Shown here in pieces: positions 1-9,452 of a stretch of 35,310 nt of DNA. The notes below the pieces were generated by a model. The model searched no databases. It was not told the DNA's origin and saw only the letters and a list, made by a program, of their open reading frames with translations. The stretch is from positions 1-35,310 of the forward strand of contig JBLHVX010000001.1 of NCBI GenBank assembly GCA_047628835.1. Reading direction: 5' to 3'. Source of the DNA: Granulosicoccus sp. (lineage in GTDB: Bacteria; Pseudomonadota; Gammaproteobacteria; Pseudomonadales; Cellvibrionaceae). Numbering within the stretch: the stretch's first letter is position 1; every line of letters starts with the position of its first letter. A program made the translations under genes and the position numbers.

Positions 1-624
1 ATTAGCAAGATAGAAACCCGTGATATTAGCTATGCTAAAAAAATGGGCTATCGCATTAAACATATTGGTATCGCGCGTCGAGGAGAGAGTGGAATTGAAC
101 TACGTGTTCACCCTACATTGATACCGGAAAAACGCTTGATAGCGAATGTGGACGGAGTGATGAATGCCATTTTAGTGAAAGGCGATGCAGTTGGACCCAC
201 ATTATATTACGGTCCTGGTGCAGGCGATGAGGCAACCGCATCATCAGTCATTGCGGATATTGTTGATATTGCACGTTTAACCAGTCGCGGTAGCCAGCCG
301 GCGGTTCCGCTATTAGGTTTCGATAAAGTCAGTGACAAACCACTGGTAGATATTAATAATGTTATTACCGCGTATTATTTACGACTGCTTGCACAAGATA
401 TGCCCGGTGTGTTGTCAAAGATTACTACAGTGTTAAGTGATCACGGAATTAGTATCGAAACTATGTATCAAAGCGAGCCACAGTCCGGCGAAAGCAATGC
501 AGAAATTGTACTGATTACTAGCCAAATACAAGAAAGTAAGTTGCTGTCTGCGGTCAGTGAAATCGAAGCATTGGATTCGATAGCAGGTAAAGTTCACAAA
601 ATTCGTGTTGAAAGTTTAGGTTAG
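1..624 (+). CDS. hom: Homoserine dehydrogenase, C-terminal part with ACT domain (5'-truncated by window)
   Basis: Frame is open from base 1. Motifs RVHPTLIP, YGPGAG..ATAS and an ACT-like YYLRL..QDMPGVL. Directly upstream of thrC. Confidence 0.95.
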   Translation: MSKIETRDISYAKKMGYRIKHIGIARRGESGIELRVHPTLIPEKRLIANVDGVMNAILVKGDAVGPTLYYGPGAGDEATASSVIADIVDIARLTSRGSQPAVPLLGFDKVSDKPLVDINNVITAYYLRLLAQDMPGVLSKITTVLSDHGISIETMYQSEPQSGESNAEIVLITSQIQESKLLSAVSEIEALDSIAGKVHKIRVESLG

Positions 625-652
625 TCCACAAGAAGGGCTTAAGGGTAATCCG

Positions 653-2050
653 ATGAAATATATTAGTACACGTGGTGATGCACCCACGTTAAATTTTGAA
701 GAGGCTGTGTTAGCAGGTTTAGCAACCGATGGTGGTTTGTATGTGCCGGAGAGTTTACCTACGTTTTCCCATGAAGAGATTGCTTCGTGGGCGGGGCTGT
801 CTTATCAAAAGCTAGCATTTAACATTATGTCGGCGTTTGTTGACGGTGAAATTAGTGATGAAGACTTAACTGCTATTATCGAAAAAGCCTATTCATCGTT
901 TCGCCATGATGCGATAGCACCTTTAGTGCAAACCGCGCATAACGAATGGATATTAGAGCTGTTTCAAGGGCCTACATTGGCATTTAAAGATTTTGCACTA
1001 CAAGTACTAGGCTTACTGCTTGATCATTTCCTAACTAAGCGTGATAAAAAAGTGGTTGTGATGGGCGCTACTTCAGGCGATACGGGGTCGGCTGCGATTG
1101 AAGGTTGTCGACACAGTAACAACATTGATATATTCATCTTGCATCCGCATCAGAGAGTGTCGGATGTACAGCGTAAACAAATGACGTCGGTATTAGACGA
1201 CAACGTGTTTAATATTGCGCTCGAAGGTGATTTTGACGATTGTCAGAATATGGTTAAGGCGAGTTTTCGTGACCAATCATTCTTACCTGAAGATCGTCAG
1301 CTTGCCGCCGTTAATTCGATTAACTGGGCGCGTATTATGGCACAAATCGTCTACTACTTTTATGCATCCTTAGCCTTAGGCGGGCCACATCGCAAAGTGT
1401 CATTCTCAGTACCTACTGGTAATTTTGGCGATATTTTCGCAGGTTATCTAGCGAAAAAAATGGGCCTGCCCATTGATCAGCTAATTATTGCGACTAACTC
1501 AAACGATATTATTCACCGCTGTGTGGCAGAAAATGATCACAGTAAAAAAACCTTAAATCATTCTTTGTCACCCAGTATGGATATTATGGTGTCGAGTAAC
1601 TTTGAGCGTTTATTGTTTGATGCTTATGACCGCAATGGTGCATCGATTAAGCAGCTAATGGAAGATTTCAAATCGGGTTCGATGACTCTATCGGAATCCG
1701 CTTTAGCGAAGGTACGTGAACATTTTTCAAGCTATCGTTTAGACGACGAAGATATGGTAAAAGTAATCGCCGATGTATTTGAATCAACAGGGTATTTGTT
1801 AGATCCCCATACGGCGATTGGTGTCGATGCTGCACGTAAAGTCCGCCGCTCAGCATCAATACCAATGGTGTGTTTGGCGACAGCGCATCCGGCTAAATTC
1901 CCCGATGCGATTCGCCAGTCAGGCCAAACTGACGATCCGCTTTTACCGCACCACATGGCAGATCTGTTTGACCGTGAAGAAAAATATACTGTCTTAGATA
2001 ACGATATCAAAGCGGTACAAAAATTTGTTAAGAGTAATATTAACAACTAA
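653..2050 (+). CDS. thrC: Threonine synthase
   Basis: MKYISTRG start, GPTLAFKD (PLP lysine), ATSGDTG, NSINWAR, VPTGNFG, TAHPAKF. Confidence 0.97.
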   Translation: MKYISTRGDAPTLNFEEAVLAGLATDGGLYVPESLPTFSHEEIASWAGLSYQKLAFNIMSAFVDGEISDEDLTAIIEKAYSSFRHDAIAPLVQTAHNEWILELFQGPTLAFKDFALQVLGLLLDHFLTKRDKKVVVMGATSGDTGSAAIEGCRHSNNIDIFILHPHQRVSDVQRKQMTSVLDDNVFNIALEGDFDDCQNMVKASFRDQSFLPEDRQLAAVNSINWARIMAQIVYYFYASLALGGPHRKVSFSVPTGNFGDIFAGYLAKKMGLPIDQLIIATNSNDIIHRCVAENDHSKKTLNHSLSPSMDIMVSSNFERLLFDAYDRNGASIKQLMEDFKSGSMTLSESALAKVREHFSSYRLDDEDMVKVIADVFESTGYLLDPHTAIGVDAARKVRRSASIPMVCLATAHPAKFPDAIRQSGQTDDPLLPHHMADLFDREEKYTVLDNDIKAVQKFVKSNINN

Positions 2051-2084
2051 TCAAGTGGTTTTTATTATTGTAAATCTCGTTCTA

Positions 2085-2130
2085 CAATCACTACTAACCT
2101 AACGGTTAGTAGTGATTGCTTTTCTTTTTT
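2085..2130 (+). terminator. Intrinsic terminator after hom-thrC
   Basis: Perfect 15-bp stem CAATCACTACTAACC-TAAC-GGTTAGTAGTGATTG followed by CTTTTCTTTTTT. Confidence 0.75.
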
Positions 2131-2150
2131 CGACAGCAGGGTTCATAGAT

Positions 2151-3878
2151 ATGCCTGTTATTTCTCGACGTGAAACAAGTAGCCATCAGCTAACAAATAC
2201 TCTTCATCCTTTGTTGCAACGGATATTTTCAGCCCGTGGTGTGACGGATGATAGCGAATTAGACTATCAGTTCAAACACCTATTGCCGCCGACCTTATTG
2301 AAAGGCTTACCTGATGCCGTAACTTTACTCAGCCACGCCGTACGTAAACAGCAGAAGATACTCATTGTGGGGGATTTCGATGCGGATGGCGCGACGAGTT
2401 GTGCACTGTCTATTTTGGCGCTGCGTGCGATGGGTGTAGAGCAGGTTGATTTCTTAGTGCCAAATCGCTTCGAATATGGTTATGGGTTGACGCCTGAAAT
2501 TGTCGAGGTTGCCAGCCAGCAGTCCCCTGACTTGATTGTGACCGTGGATAACGGCATTGCCAGTGTAGAGGGTGTGGCTAAGGCTAAATCACTCGGTATT
2601 AAGGTGCTAGTGACAGATCACCATTTGCCACCTGACATCCTGCCTGCTGCTGATGCTATAGTTAACCCTAATCAGCAGGGTTGTGATTTCCCGAGTAAAA
2701 ACTTAGCCGGTGTTGGCGTTATTTTTTACGTGCTAACGGCATTGCGTACAGAATTGCGGAACCAAGGTTGGTTTGAACGGCAATCTATTCCTGAGCCTAA
2801 TATGGCAAGCTATGTTGATTTGGTCGCTTTAGGTACGGTCGCCGATGTGGTGCCGCTAGACCGTAATAATCGCGTGCTTGTGCATCAGGGCTTACAGCGT
2901 ATTAAAGCAGGCTATACCCGCCCGGGGATACTGGCATTAATACAGGTCGCGGGAAAAGATTACCAACGTATTAGCAGTAGCGATTTTGGTTTTATTATTG
3001 GCCCACGCTTAAATGCAGCAGGACGCTTGGATGATATGTCTATTGGCATCCAATGTTTATTAACCGATAACCATGATGTTGCCCATGAGTTAGCGGCTGA
3101 GCTAGACGGGCTTAATCGAGATCGCCGAGCGATAGAGTCATCTATGCAACAAGAAGCGATACAGCACTTAGATAGTATTACCTTGGACGACCAAGCAATC
3201 CCCGCAGGTATTTGTCTGTATAACCCGTCTTGGCATCAAGGCGTTGTAGGTATTGTCGCGTCTCGCATTAAAGAGAAATACTACCGTCCAGTGATTGCCT
3301 TTGCACCCTCGGATGTCGATTCGGATGTTATTAAAGGCTCTGCTCGCTCTATTCCACCCTTACATATTCGTGATGTATTAGATTCGATAGCGACTCGATA
3401 CCCTAACATATTACAAAAATTTGGTGGGCATGCGATGGCTGCGGGTTTAAGTTTACATAAAGATGACTATGAAAAATTTACTCAATTATTTGACCAAACA
3501 ATACAAGATCAATTGTCGTCCGAGGACTTTCACGAAATAGTATTAAGCGATGGTGAGCTATCGGCAGCTGAAGTTGACTTGCCAATAGCACATGCGATAC
3601 AGCAAGCTGGCCCGTGGGGGCAAGGGTTTCCTGAGCCTGTTTTTGATGGTGATTTTTTTATCGTTAACCAACGTATTGTAGGTGAAAAGCATTTAAAGCT
3701 GGTGTTGTCTTTAGATGCTCAGGGTATCAATACTGTCGATGGAATTGCTTTTAATATTTCTGCGGATCAATGGCCAGATCATCATGTTTCAAAGGTACAT
3801 GTTGTCTACCAGTTGTCGGTTAATGTCTTTCGGGGGCAGGAGTCGGTGCAACTAATGGTCAAGCAAATGACAAAATAA
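2151..3878 (+). CDS. recJ: Single-stranded-DNA-specific exonuclease RecJ
   Basis: GDFDADG, TVDNG, TDHH, GTVADVV, GPRLNAAGR, FGGHAMAAG motifs. ATG at 2151 preferred over the upstream GTG inside the terminator. Confidence 0.96.
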   Translation: MPVISRRETSSHQLTNTLHPLLQRIFSARGVTDDSELDYQFKHLLPPTLLKGLPDAVTLLSHAVRKQQKILIVGDFDADGATSCALSILALRAMGVEQVDFLVPNRFEYGYGLTPEIVEVASQQSPDLIVTVDNGIASVEGVAKAKSLGIKVLVTDHHLPPDILPAADAIVNPNQQGCDFPSKNLAGVGVIFYVLTALRTELRNQGWFERQSIPEPNMASYVDLVALGTVADVVPLDRNNRVLVHQGLQRIKAGYTRPGILALIQVAGKDYQRISSSDFGFIIGPRLNAAGRLDDMSIGIQCLLTDNHDVAHELAAELDGLNRDRRAIESSMQQEAIQHLDSITLDDQAIPAGICLYNPSWHQGVVGIVASRIKEKYYRPVIAFAPSDVDSDVIKGSARSIPPLHIRDVLDSIATRYPNILQKFGGHAMAAGLSLHKDDYEKFTQLFDQTIQDQLSSEDFHEIVLSDGELSAAEVDLPIAHAIQQAGPWGQGFPEPVFDGDFFIVNQRIVGEKHLKLVLSLDAQGINTVDGIAFNISADQWPDHHVSKVHVVYQLSVNVFRGQESVQLMVKQMTK

Positions 3879-3912
3879 AAGCCAGAAAATTTTGCCTCTT
3901 AGCCAAAGCTAG

Positions 3913-4329
3913 TTAATTTTCTTTAACGTAATCAGGTAAGTCTTCTTCTGAGGGTACCGGTGTAGGAACACCTTCTTCGTCTAGAGCGACAAACTTAAAT
4001 CGGCCTTCGGTCACTTTTTCGCGTAAGCCAATACGGTCGCGTCTGACCCATGCCTCGACATGTACTACCATCGATGTACGCCCAAGTTCTGCAATATGAG
4101 TGTATAAGCCTAATATATCCCCCACTTTTACCGCCAGAATAAAGCTCATACTTTCTACAGCGACAGTAACAACACGCCCTTGAGCACGTTGACCTGCACA
4201 AATCCCTGCTGCGATATCCATTTGAGACAAAACCCATCCACCAAAAATATCGCCGGAGGCATTGGTGTCTGACGGCATTGCAAGGGTGCGCGTAGTGAGC
4301 CGGCCCAACGCATCTTCTTCTTTTGACAT
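3913..4329 (-). CDS. Acyl-CoA thioesterase (hotdog fold, YciA-like)
   Basis: AMPSDTNASGDIFGGWVLSQMD, VVTVAV, GRTSM, FVALDEEG. Confidence 0.9.
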   Translation of the reverse strand: MSKEEDALGRLTTRTLAMPSDTNASGDIFGGWVLSQMDIAAGICAGQRAQGRVVTVAVESMSFILAVKVGDILGLYTHIAELGRTSMVVHVEAWVRRDRIGLREKVTEGRFKFVALDEEGVPTPVPSEEDLPDYVKEN

Positions 4330-4401
4330 GATATGTTCCTTGTTTTTAAGGTGTTACATGGTTTACATTATATCGTTAATGTTTATCGAGAACGAGTAGG
4401 G

Positions 4402-4806
4402 TTAGTGTGTTTTTACTAAGTGTTCTTTAGCAGCGGCGTAATCAAAACTATGTCCTGCTGCTTCAGCACTAAAACGTAGTTCATCAAGTTGTTGGAAAAA
4501 ATCAATTTCTTCATCGGGCATATAATGTAAGCAATCCCCACCAAAGAACCAAAGCAGATCCCGCGAAAGTAGGGACATTAAGTGTGAATAAGTACTGACC
4601 ACTCGTAATACTAATCGTTGACCCTGCCTATTCAGTTCTTCATTGTGGTCATTCATGTTACATAGCTGGTCTAGCGCACCGAGCCACTCGACATCATCTT
4701 CGTTATTTTCTTTTGTCTGTATAAAGGGAGGTAGTTTTTCACTAGCGGTTTTAAATTGTTGTAGTAAATCCACATGATGTTTTAGGTATTGCGTATAATG
4801 TGTCAT
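4402..4806 (-). CDS. Conserved hypothetical protein (PA2817-like)
   Basis: C-terminal RDLLWFFGGDCLHYMPDEEIDFFQQLDE resembles the PA2817 family (recognition from memory). Confidence 0.7.
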   Translation of the reverse strand: MTHYTQYLKHHVDLLQQFKTASEKLPPFIQTKENNEDDVEWLGALDQLCNMNDHNEELNRQGQRLVLRVVSTYSHLMSLLSRDLLWFFGGDCLHYMPDEEIDFFQQLDELRFSAEAAGHSFDYAAAKEHLVKTH

Positions 4807-4839
4807 GGTTAATTGGCTGCGTTTTATAAGAGGTAATGT

Positions 4840-4978
4840 GTAACTAATCAGCCCACACCCAAAAACGGGCTCCTAGCTTAAAAAATGATCATTTATAGCT
4901 GTAAACTTACATTCTTCGCCTTGCTCAGCACAATGTTGGCTGCAATCTGAACAGTTACGGACAGTGATGAGTAGTTAC
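4840..4978 (-). mobile_element. MITE copy 1 (139 bp, diverged, reverse orientation)
   Basis: Reverse complement aligns with 12793-12933 and 20528-20668. Ends GTAACTAATCAG...ATGAGTAGTTAC. Flanks GGTAATGT (4832-4839) / GGTAATTT (4979-4986) form a 7/8 TSD. Confidence 0.88.
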
Positions 4979-5070
4979 GGTAATTTTTGTAGTGCGCATT
5001 ATAGTGCAGTTATCTTCTACTGAGGATGTTTTTTTGACCCTGACTATCAACCTATTTATTGAGAAACTAC

Positions 5071-6036
5071 ATGACGGAAGCATTGTCTATAACAGGACTT
5101 AAAAAGTCTTACGATAACGGTTTTGAAGCATTAAAGGGAATCGATCTAAGCGTAAAGCAAGGTGATTTTTTTGCGTTGCTTGGGCCTAATGGTGCAGGTA
5201 AATCGACCACTATTGGAGTAATTTGTTCGCTCTCGGTAAAAACTGCAGGAAAGGTGAGTATCTTCGGCACCGATATTGATCAAGATTTCTCCAAGGCAAA
5301 GCGAGACATTGGCGTAGTACCACAGGAATTCAACTTTAACCAATTTGAAAAAGTCGCGGATATTGTGATCAATCAAGGTGGCTACTATGGTTTGCCTCGT
5401 GCGATTGCAATGGAGCGTGCAGAAAAATATTTACGCAAGCTGGGTTTATGGGACAAGCGTGATACGCCTTCTCGTACCCTGTCTGGTGGCATGAAGCGAC
5501 GATTGTTAATTGCCCGTGCATTAGTGCATGAGCCGCGATTGTTGATTTTAGATGAACCAACAGCAGGGGTAGATATTGAGCTGCGTCGTTCAATGTGGCA
5601 ATTTTTAAAAGAAATTAATGCTGAAGGCACTACCATTATATTAACCACGCATTATTTGGAAGAAGCAGAAAGTCTTTGTCGTAACGTGGCTATTATTGAC
5701 AGGGGGCGTATTGTTGAAAATACCAATATGAAAGCCTTATTACAGCGATTAGACAAAGAAGTTTTCGTGTTTGATCTGAGAGACGCACTATCTATCGCGC
5801 CAGTACTTAATGATTACCCTGTGACGTTGACCGATGAGAAAACAATTGAGATTGAATTGCAAAAAGGCCAATCCTTGAATCACGTGTTTTCGTTGTTAGC
5901 TGAGCAATCAATAGAAGTGGTAAGTATGCGTAATAAGGCGAACCGTCTAGAAGAGCTATTTGTTTCTCTAGTAGAAAAAACGGAAGGCAACGATGCAAAC
6001 AAGAACGTGTCTTCTTCTACGGGAGAAAAATTATGA
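5071..6036 (+). CDS. yadG: ABC transporter ATP-binding protein (YadG-like)
   Basis: Walker A GPNGAGKS, VVPQEFN, LSGGMKRR, ILDEPTAGVD, TTHYLEEAE. Confidence 0.9.
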   Translation: MTEALSITGLKKSYDNGFEALKGIDLSVKQGDFFALLGPNGAGKSTTIGVICSLSVKTAGKVSIFGTDIDQDFSKAKRDIGVVPQEFNFNQFEKVADIVINQGGYYGLPRAIAMERAEKYLRKLGLWDKRDTPSRTLSGGMKRRLLIARALVHEPRLLILDEPTAGVDIELRRSMWQFLKEINAEGTTIILTTHYLEEAESLCRNVAIIDRGRIVENTNMKALLQRLDKEVFVFDLRDALSIAPVLNDYPVTLTDEKTIEIELQKGQSLNHVFSLLAEQSIEVVSMRNKANRLEELFVSLVEKTEGNDANKNVSSSTGEKL

Positions 6037-6806
6037 AAGCGGCCGAACAGTGGATTGCACTAAACACCATTGTACGTAAAGAAATTGTCCGTTTTACTCG
6101 GATATGGGTACAAACTTTATTGCCGCCAGTGATTACCATGGGCTTATATTTTGTGATATTTGGCACGTTGATAGGCTCACGTATTGGCGAAATGGATGGT
6201 TTTAGCTATATGGAGTTTGTGGTGCCGGGTTTAATTATGATGTCGGTCATTACGAATTCTTATAGCAATGTGGTGTCGTCTTTTTTTGGAGTGAAATTTC
6301 AAAGAAGCATTGAAGAGCTCTTGGTTTCGCCCACGCCGAATTATATTATTTTATTAGGCTATGTTTCAGGTGGCGTGTGTCGTGGCTTATTGGTTGGCTT
6401 TGTGGTGACTTTGGTGTCCTTCTTTTTTACTGATTTAAGTATCCATAGTTTGCCAATTACGATAGCGATAGTGTTTATGACAGCAATTGTTTTTGCATTG
6501 GCAGGATTTTTTAATGCGGTATTTGCGCGAACCTTTGATGATATCTCAATTGTTCCTACCTTTATCCTCACACCCTTAACGTACTTGGGCGGCGTGTTTT
6601 ATTCCATTAGTTTGTTGCCGCCTTTTTGGCAATCTGTCTCACAGCTTAACCCTATTTTATATATGGTGAATGCGTTCCGTTACGGTATTTTAGGTATCTC
6701 CGATATTAACATTACGTATGCTTTTCTCGGTGTAGTGGTGTTTATTGTATTGCTAACGGTTACTTGTTTACACCTATTGGCACGTGGTACACGGCTACGT
6801 TCTTAG
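6033..6806 (+). CDS. yadH: ABC-2 transporter permease (YadH-like)
   Basis: RIWVQTLLPP, PGLIMMSVITNSY, TPLTYLGGVFYS. ATGA overlap with the ATPase gene. Confidence 0.9.
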   Translation: MKAAEQWIALNTIVRKEIVRFTRIWVQTLLPPVITMGLYFVIFGTLIGSRIGEMDGFSYMEFVVPGLIMMSVITNSYSNVVSSFFGVKFQRSIEELLVSPTPNYIILLGYVSGGVCRGLLVGFVVTLVSFFFTDLSIHSLPITIAIVFMTAIVFALAGFFNAVFARTFDDISIVPTFILTPLTYLGGVFYSISLLPPFWQSVSQLNPILYMVNAFRYGILGISDINITYAFLGVVVFIVLLTVTCLHLLARGTRLRS

Positions 6807-6887
6807 TAATGCTATTAACAGTGCTGTAGTAGAAAGGCTCGGCTGGCGGATTAAAATATTTTATTATTTATTGATTAAGCGGTATTT

Positions 6888-7730
6888 ATGTCTATTGAAA
6901 ACCCATTAGGTCATCACACCATTTATCCTAGTACTTACGATGCAAGTTTGTTGTTTCCCATTAAGCGAACAGAGTCACGAGATAAGCTGGGTTTACAGAG
7001 CGTGCCCTTTAGGGGTAATGATCGCTGGACTGCATATGAGGTATCTTGGTTAGATCACACCGGCAAGCCGCAGGTTCGGGTGGCAGAGTTCGTGGTCGAT
7101 AGTCAATCGCTTAATATTATTGAATCGAAGTCATTTAAATTATATTTAAACTCATTTAATCAGACTGTCTTTGTCAGCGAGAGAGAAGTGAAATCAGCTA
7201 TGCTGGTGGATTTGTCTGCGGCAGCAGGCACGCCTATTTCGGTCAGCTTATACTCACTCAACTCATACTCACCCAATGGGGAGCAGCCGTTACTGATTAC
7301 AGAGCCAGTAGGCTTGTGCATAGATGATTTGACCGTTGAGGTCTCTGATTATCAACCCACACCTGAACTGTTATCCGTGTCCTCTTCACAGAAGGTGAAT
7401 GAGGTGGTGTTCAGTCACCTTTTAAAAACGAACTGCCCCGTGACCGATCAACCCGACTGGGCAACCGTGTTTATTGAATATTCTGGTTTTCAAATAAATC
7501 ACGAAAGTTTACTGGCCTACATTATCTCTTTCAGAAATCATCAGGACTTCCATGAAAATAGTGTAGAGCGTTTATATTGTGATTTACAGGAGTATTGCCA
7601 GCCTGATAGTTTGGCCGTTTATGCGCGTTATACCCGCCGAGGAGGGCTAGACATTAATCCCTTGCGTACTAGTTATCCGGTAGGTAAAAGTTTGCTAGAG
7701 GTGAATACGTTACGTACTGTTAGGCAATAA
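6888..7730 (+). CDS. queF: NADPH-dependent 7-cyano-7-deazaguanine reductase (bimodular QueF)
   Basis: ESKSFKLYLNS QueF motif, NCPVTDQPDW (catalytic Cys), YTRRGGLDINP. Confidence 0.95.
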   Translation: MSIENPLGHHTIYPSTYDASLLFPIKRTESRDKLGLQSVPFRGNDRWTAYEVSWLDHTGKPQVRVAEFVVDSQSLNIIESKSFKLYLNSFNQTVFVSEREVKSAMLVDLSAAAGTPISVSLYSLNSYSPNGEQPLLITEPVGLCIDDLTVEVSDYQPTPELLSVSSSQKVNEVVFSHLLKTNCPVTDQPDWATVFIEYSGFQINHESLLAYIISFRNHQDFHENSVERLYCDLQEYCQPDSLAVYARYTRRGGLDINPLRTSYPVGKSLLEVNTLRTVRQ

Positions 7731-7815
7731 AATACCTATGTAGAGAGAGTAGATAGGGGGGTGTTTCAAATTCAATAAAAGTAGTGCTGTATAACCAGAT
7801 AACCTAATAGTTAGG

Positions 7816-9198
7816 TTATTCTTTTAATTTTGTGGCTGCGGCTTCTAAGCTGGCGATCACTTTCTCTCGGTCATAGTTTTTGACTTTTTCTACATCCAAA
7901 TGCATCGAAAAGCCATCTGCCGTTTGTGAGAAATAACTATGACCTGCGCCCATTTCCTTACGATGGTCAACCACTTGGTAAACCTGAATCGGGTGTGTAA
8001 ACCCCTTGGCTTTAATCTGGCCGCGATCTTTACACAAAATACTATCTTTCACCAGATTCCAAGTCTCGTGAGAGATCAAAATTTCTTCTGCTTGCGCTGC
8101 CGACTCTAGGCGGCTGGCTAAGTTCACATGTACACCTAGCGCGGTATGATCTAAATGTCTGCTGGTACCAAATGTGCCGACAGTACAATAACCAGTGTTG
8201 ATTCCCATGCGGATTTGTAGGGGTTTGTTAATGCCCATCTCTGACCACTTATGCTGAAGTTCGCGCATACGTTTACCCATAGCGATTGCCATGGAGACAC
8301 AGGCGGTCGCATCCTGTTTTACACTTAATGAAATAGCACTATCATCGCCAAACGTAATCATAATAGCATCGCCGATAAACTTATCTATCGTGCCATTAAA
8401 TTGTGTAACTACATTGCTCATTTCGGCTAGGTAACTACTTAAGACATCGGATAATACCTCAGCTTCAAGCTCTTCACTTAAATTGCTAAAACCAACAATG
8501 TCGGAAAAAAATATAGAGATTGGTTTGCGCTGAATTTTCGCTTTTCGTTTGTCCTCGATAATGTCCCAGACCGATTTAGGCAGGTATTGCGAAATTTGAT
8601 AAATACGCAGTTTTTGTTTTTTTATTTCATTCACTAACACCTTATGTTCAGCATCAATATCTTGTACCTGACGGTGATTAAAGAAGCTATAAATACACAT
8701 GTAGATGATAGCGCCAACAGCAATGGAGAAATATCCAGTTTGCTCGCTAAACCAAATAAAACTTTGGAGACCTAGAACAAAAAAACCAATACCAATACCT
8801 GCAGCAAGCCCTAAATTGGCAAATGCCCAGTCTTTAATGCCGCCATAGTAAAGGGAGCTAAAGTAGATCAGTGAGATTAATACGAGGCTAGGCCAAGGGT
8901 TATATTGTAGTTCGCTGATAACTAAGCCGGTGATGAGACTGTCACAAATGATTAGGCCGATTAATGTGGGTGCCTTTGTTCGATGATGATTAATGAACCA
9001 CGTGGCAAGGGTATAAAAAAATATTACCAGTATTAAGCCTAAACTCAATACATCAGCCATGTTTTGTGTCATAACATTGCTGGCCAGGGCGGAAATGATG
9101 GCAAGTCCTATCACCGAACGGCATGAGTTCTTGAGTATGGATATCGCTTTTCGACGTTTGACACTGAGGTGGGTGTTGTCGGTTTGGTAATATGCCAT
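7816..9198 (-). CDS. cyaB: Membrane-bound class III adenylate cyclase (CyaB-like, MASE2-type N-terminus)
   Basis: Several hydrophobic segments, then FFSDIVGFS, DKFIGDAIM (ATP-specifying Lys), RMGINTG, VNLASRLE. Start could be 9228. Confidence 0.85.
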   Translation of the reverse strand: MAYYQTDNTHLSVKRRKAISILKNSCRSVIGLAIISALASNVMTQNMADVLSLGLILVIFFYTLATWFINHHRTKAPTLIGLIICDSLITGLVISELQYNPWPSLVLISLIYFSSLYYGGIKDWAFANLGLAAGIGIGFFVLGLQSFIWFSEQTGYFSIAVGAIIYMCIYSFFNHRQVQDIDAEHKVLVNEIKKQKLRIYQISQYLPKSVWDIIEDKRKAKIQRKPISIFFSDIVGFSNLSEELEAEVLSDVLSSYLAEMSNVVTQFNGTIDKFIGDAIMITFGDDSAISLSVKQDATACVSMAIAMGKRMRELQHKWSEMGINKPLQIRMGINTGYCTVGTFGTSRHLDHTALGVHVNLASRLESAAQAEEILISHETWNLVKDSILCKDRGQIKAKGFTHPIQVYQVVDHRKEMGAGHSYFSQTADGFSMHLDVEKVKNYDREKVIASLEAAATKLKE

Positions 9199-9452
9199 GA
9201 AAAAAATCCGCTTATCGCGTTTGTACATATGCTTGTTAAAAATAGCTAATATTGATTAGCTATTGTCGAAATACTTCTAAGTGTAGCTGGGATTGTTCGT
9301 TGTACTTGTATGCAGCCGTTAAAAATAGCATTTTTAGCGTCAATTCGCATTCATTATTCGTTTTTTTGTGTCTTAGTTGGTGAGTATTGATTCAGATTAG
9401 CGTTTTTTCAACTTCTTTTCTAATATGCAGGGAAAGTATCTAAATAGCTGTA

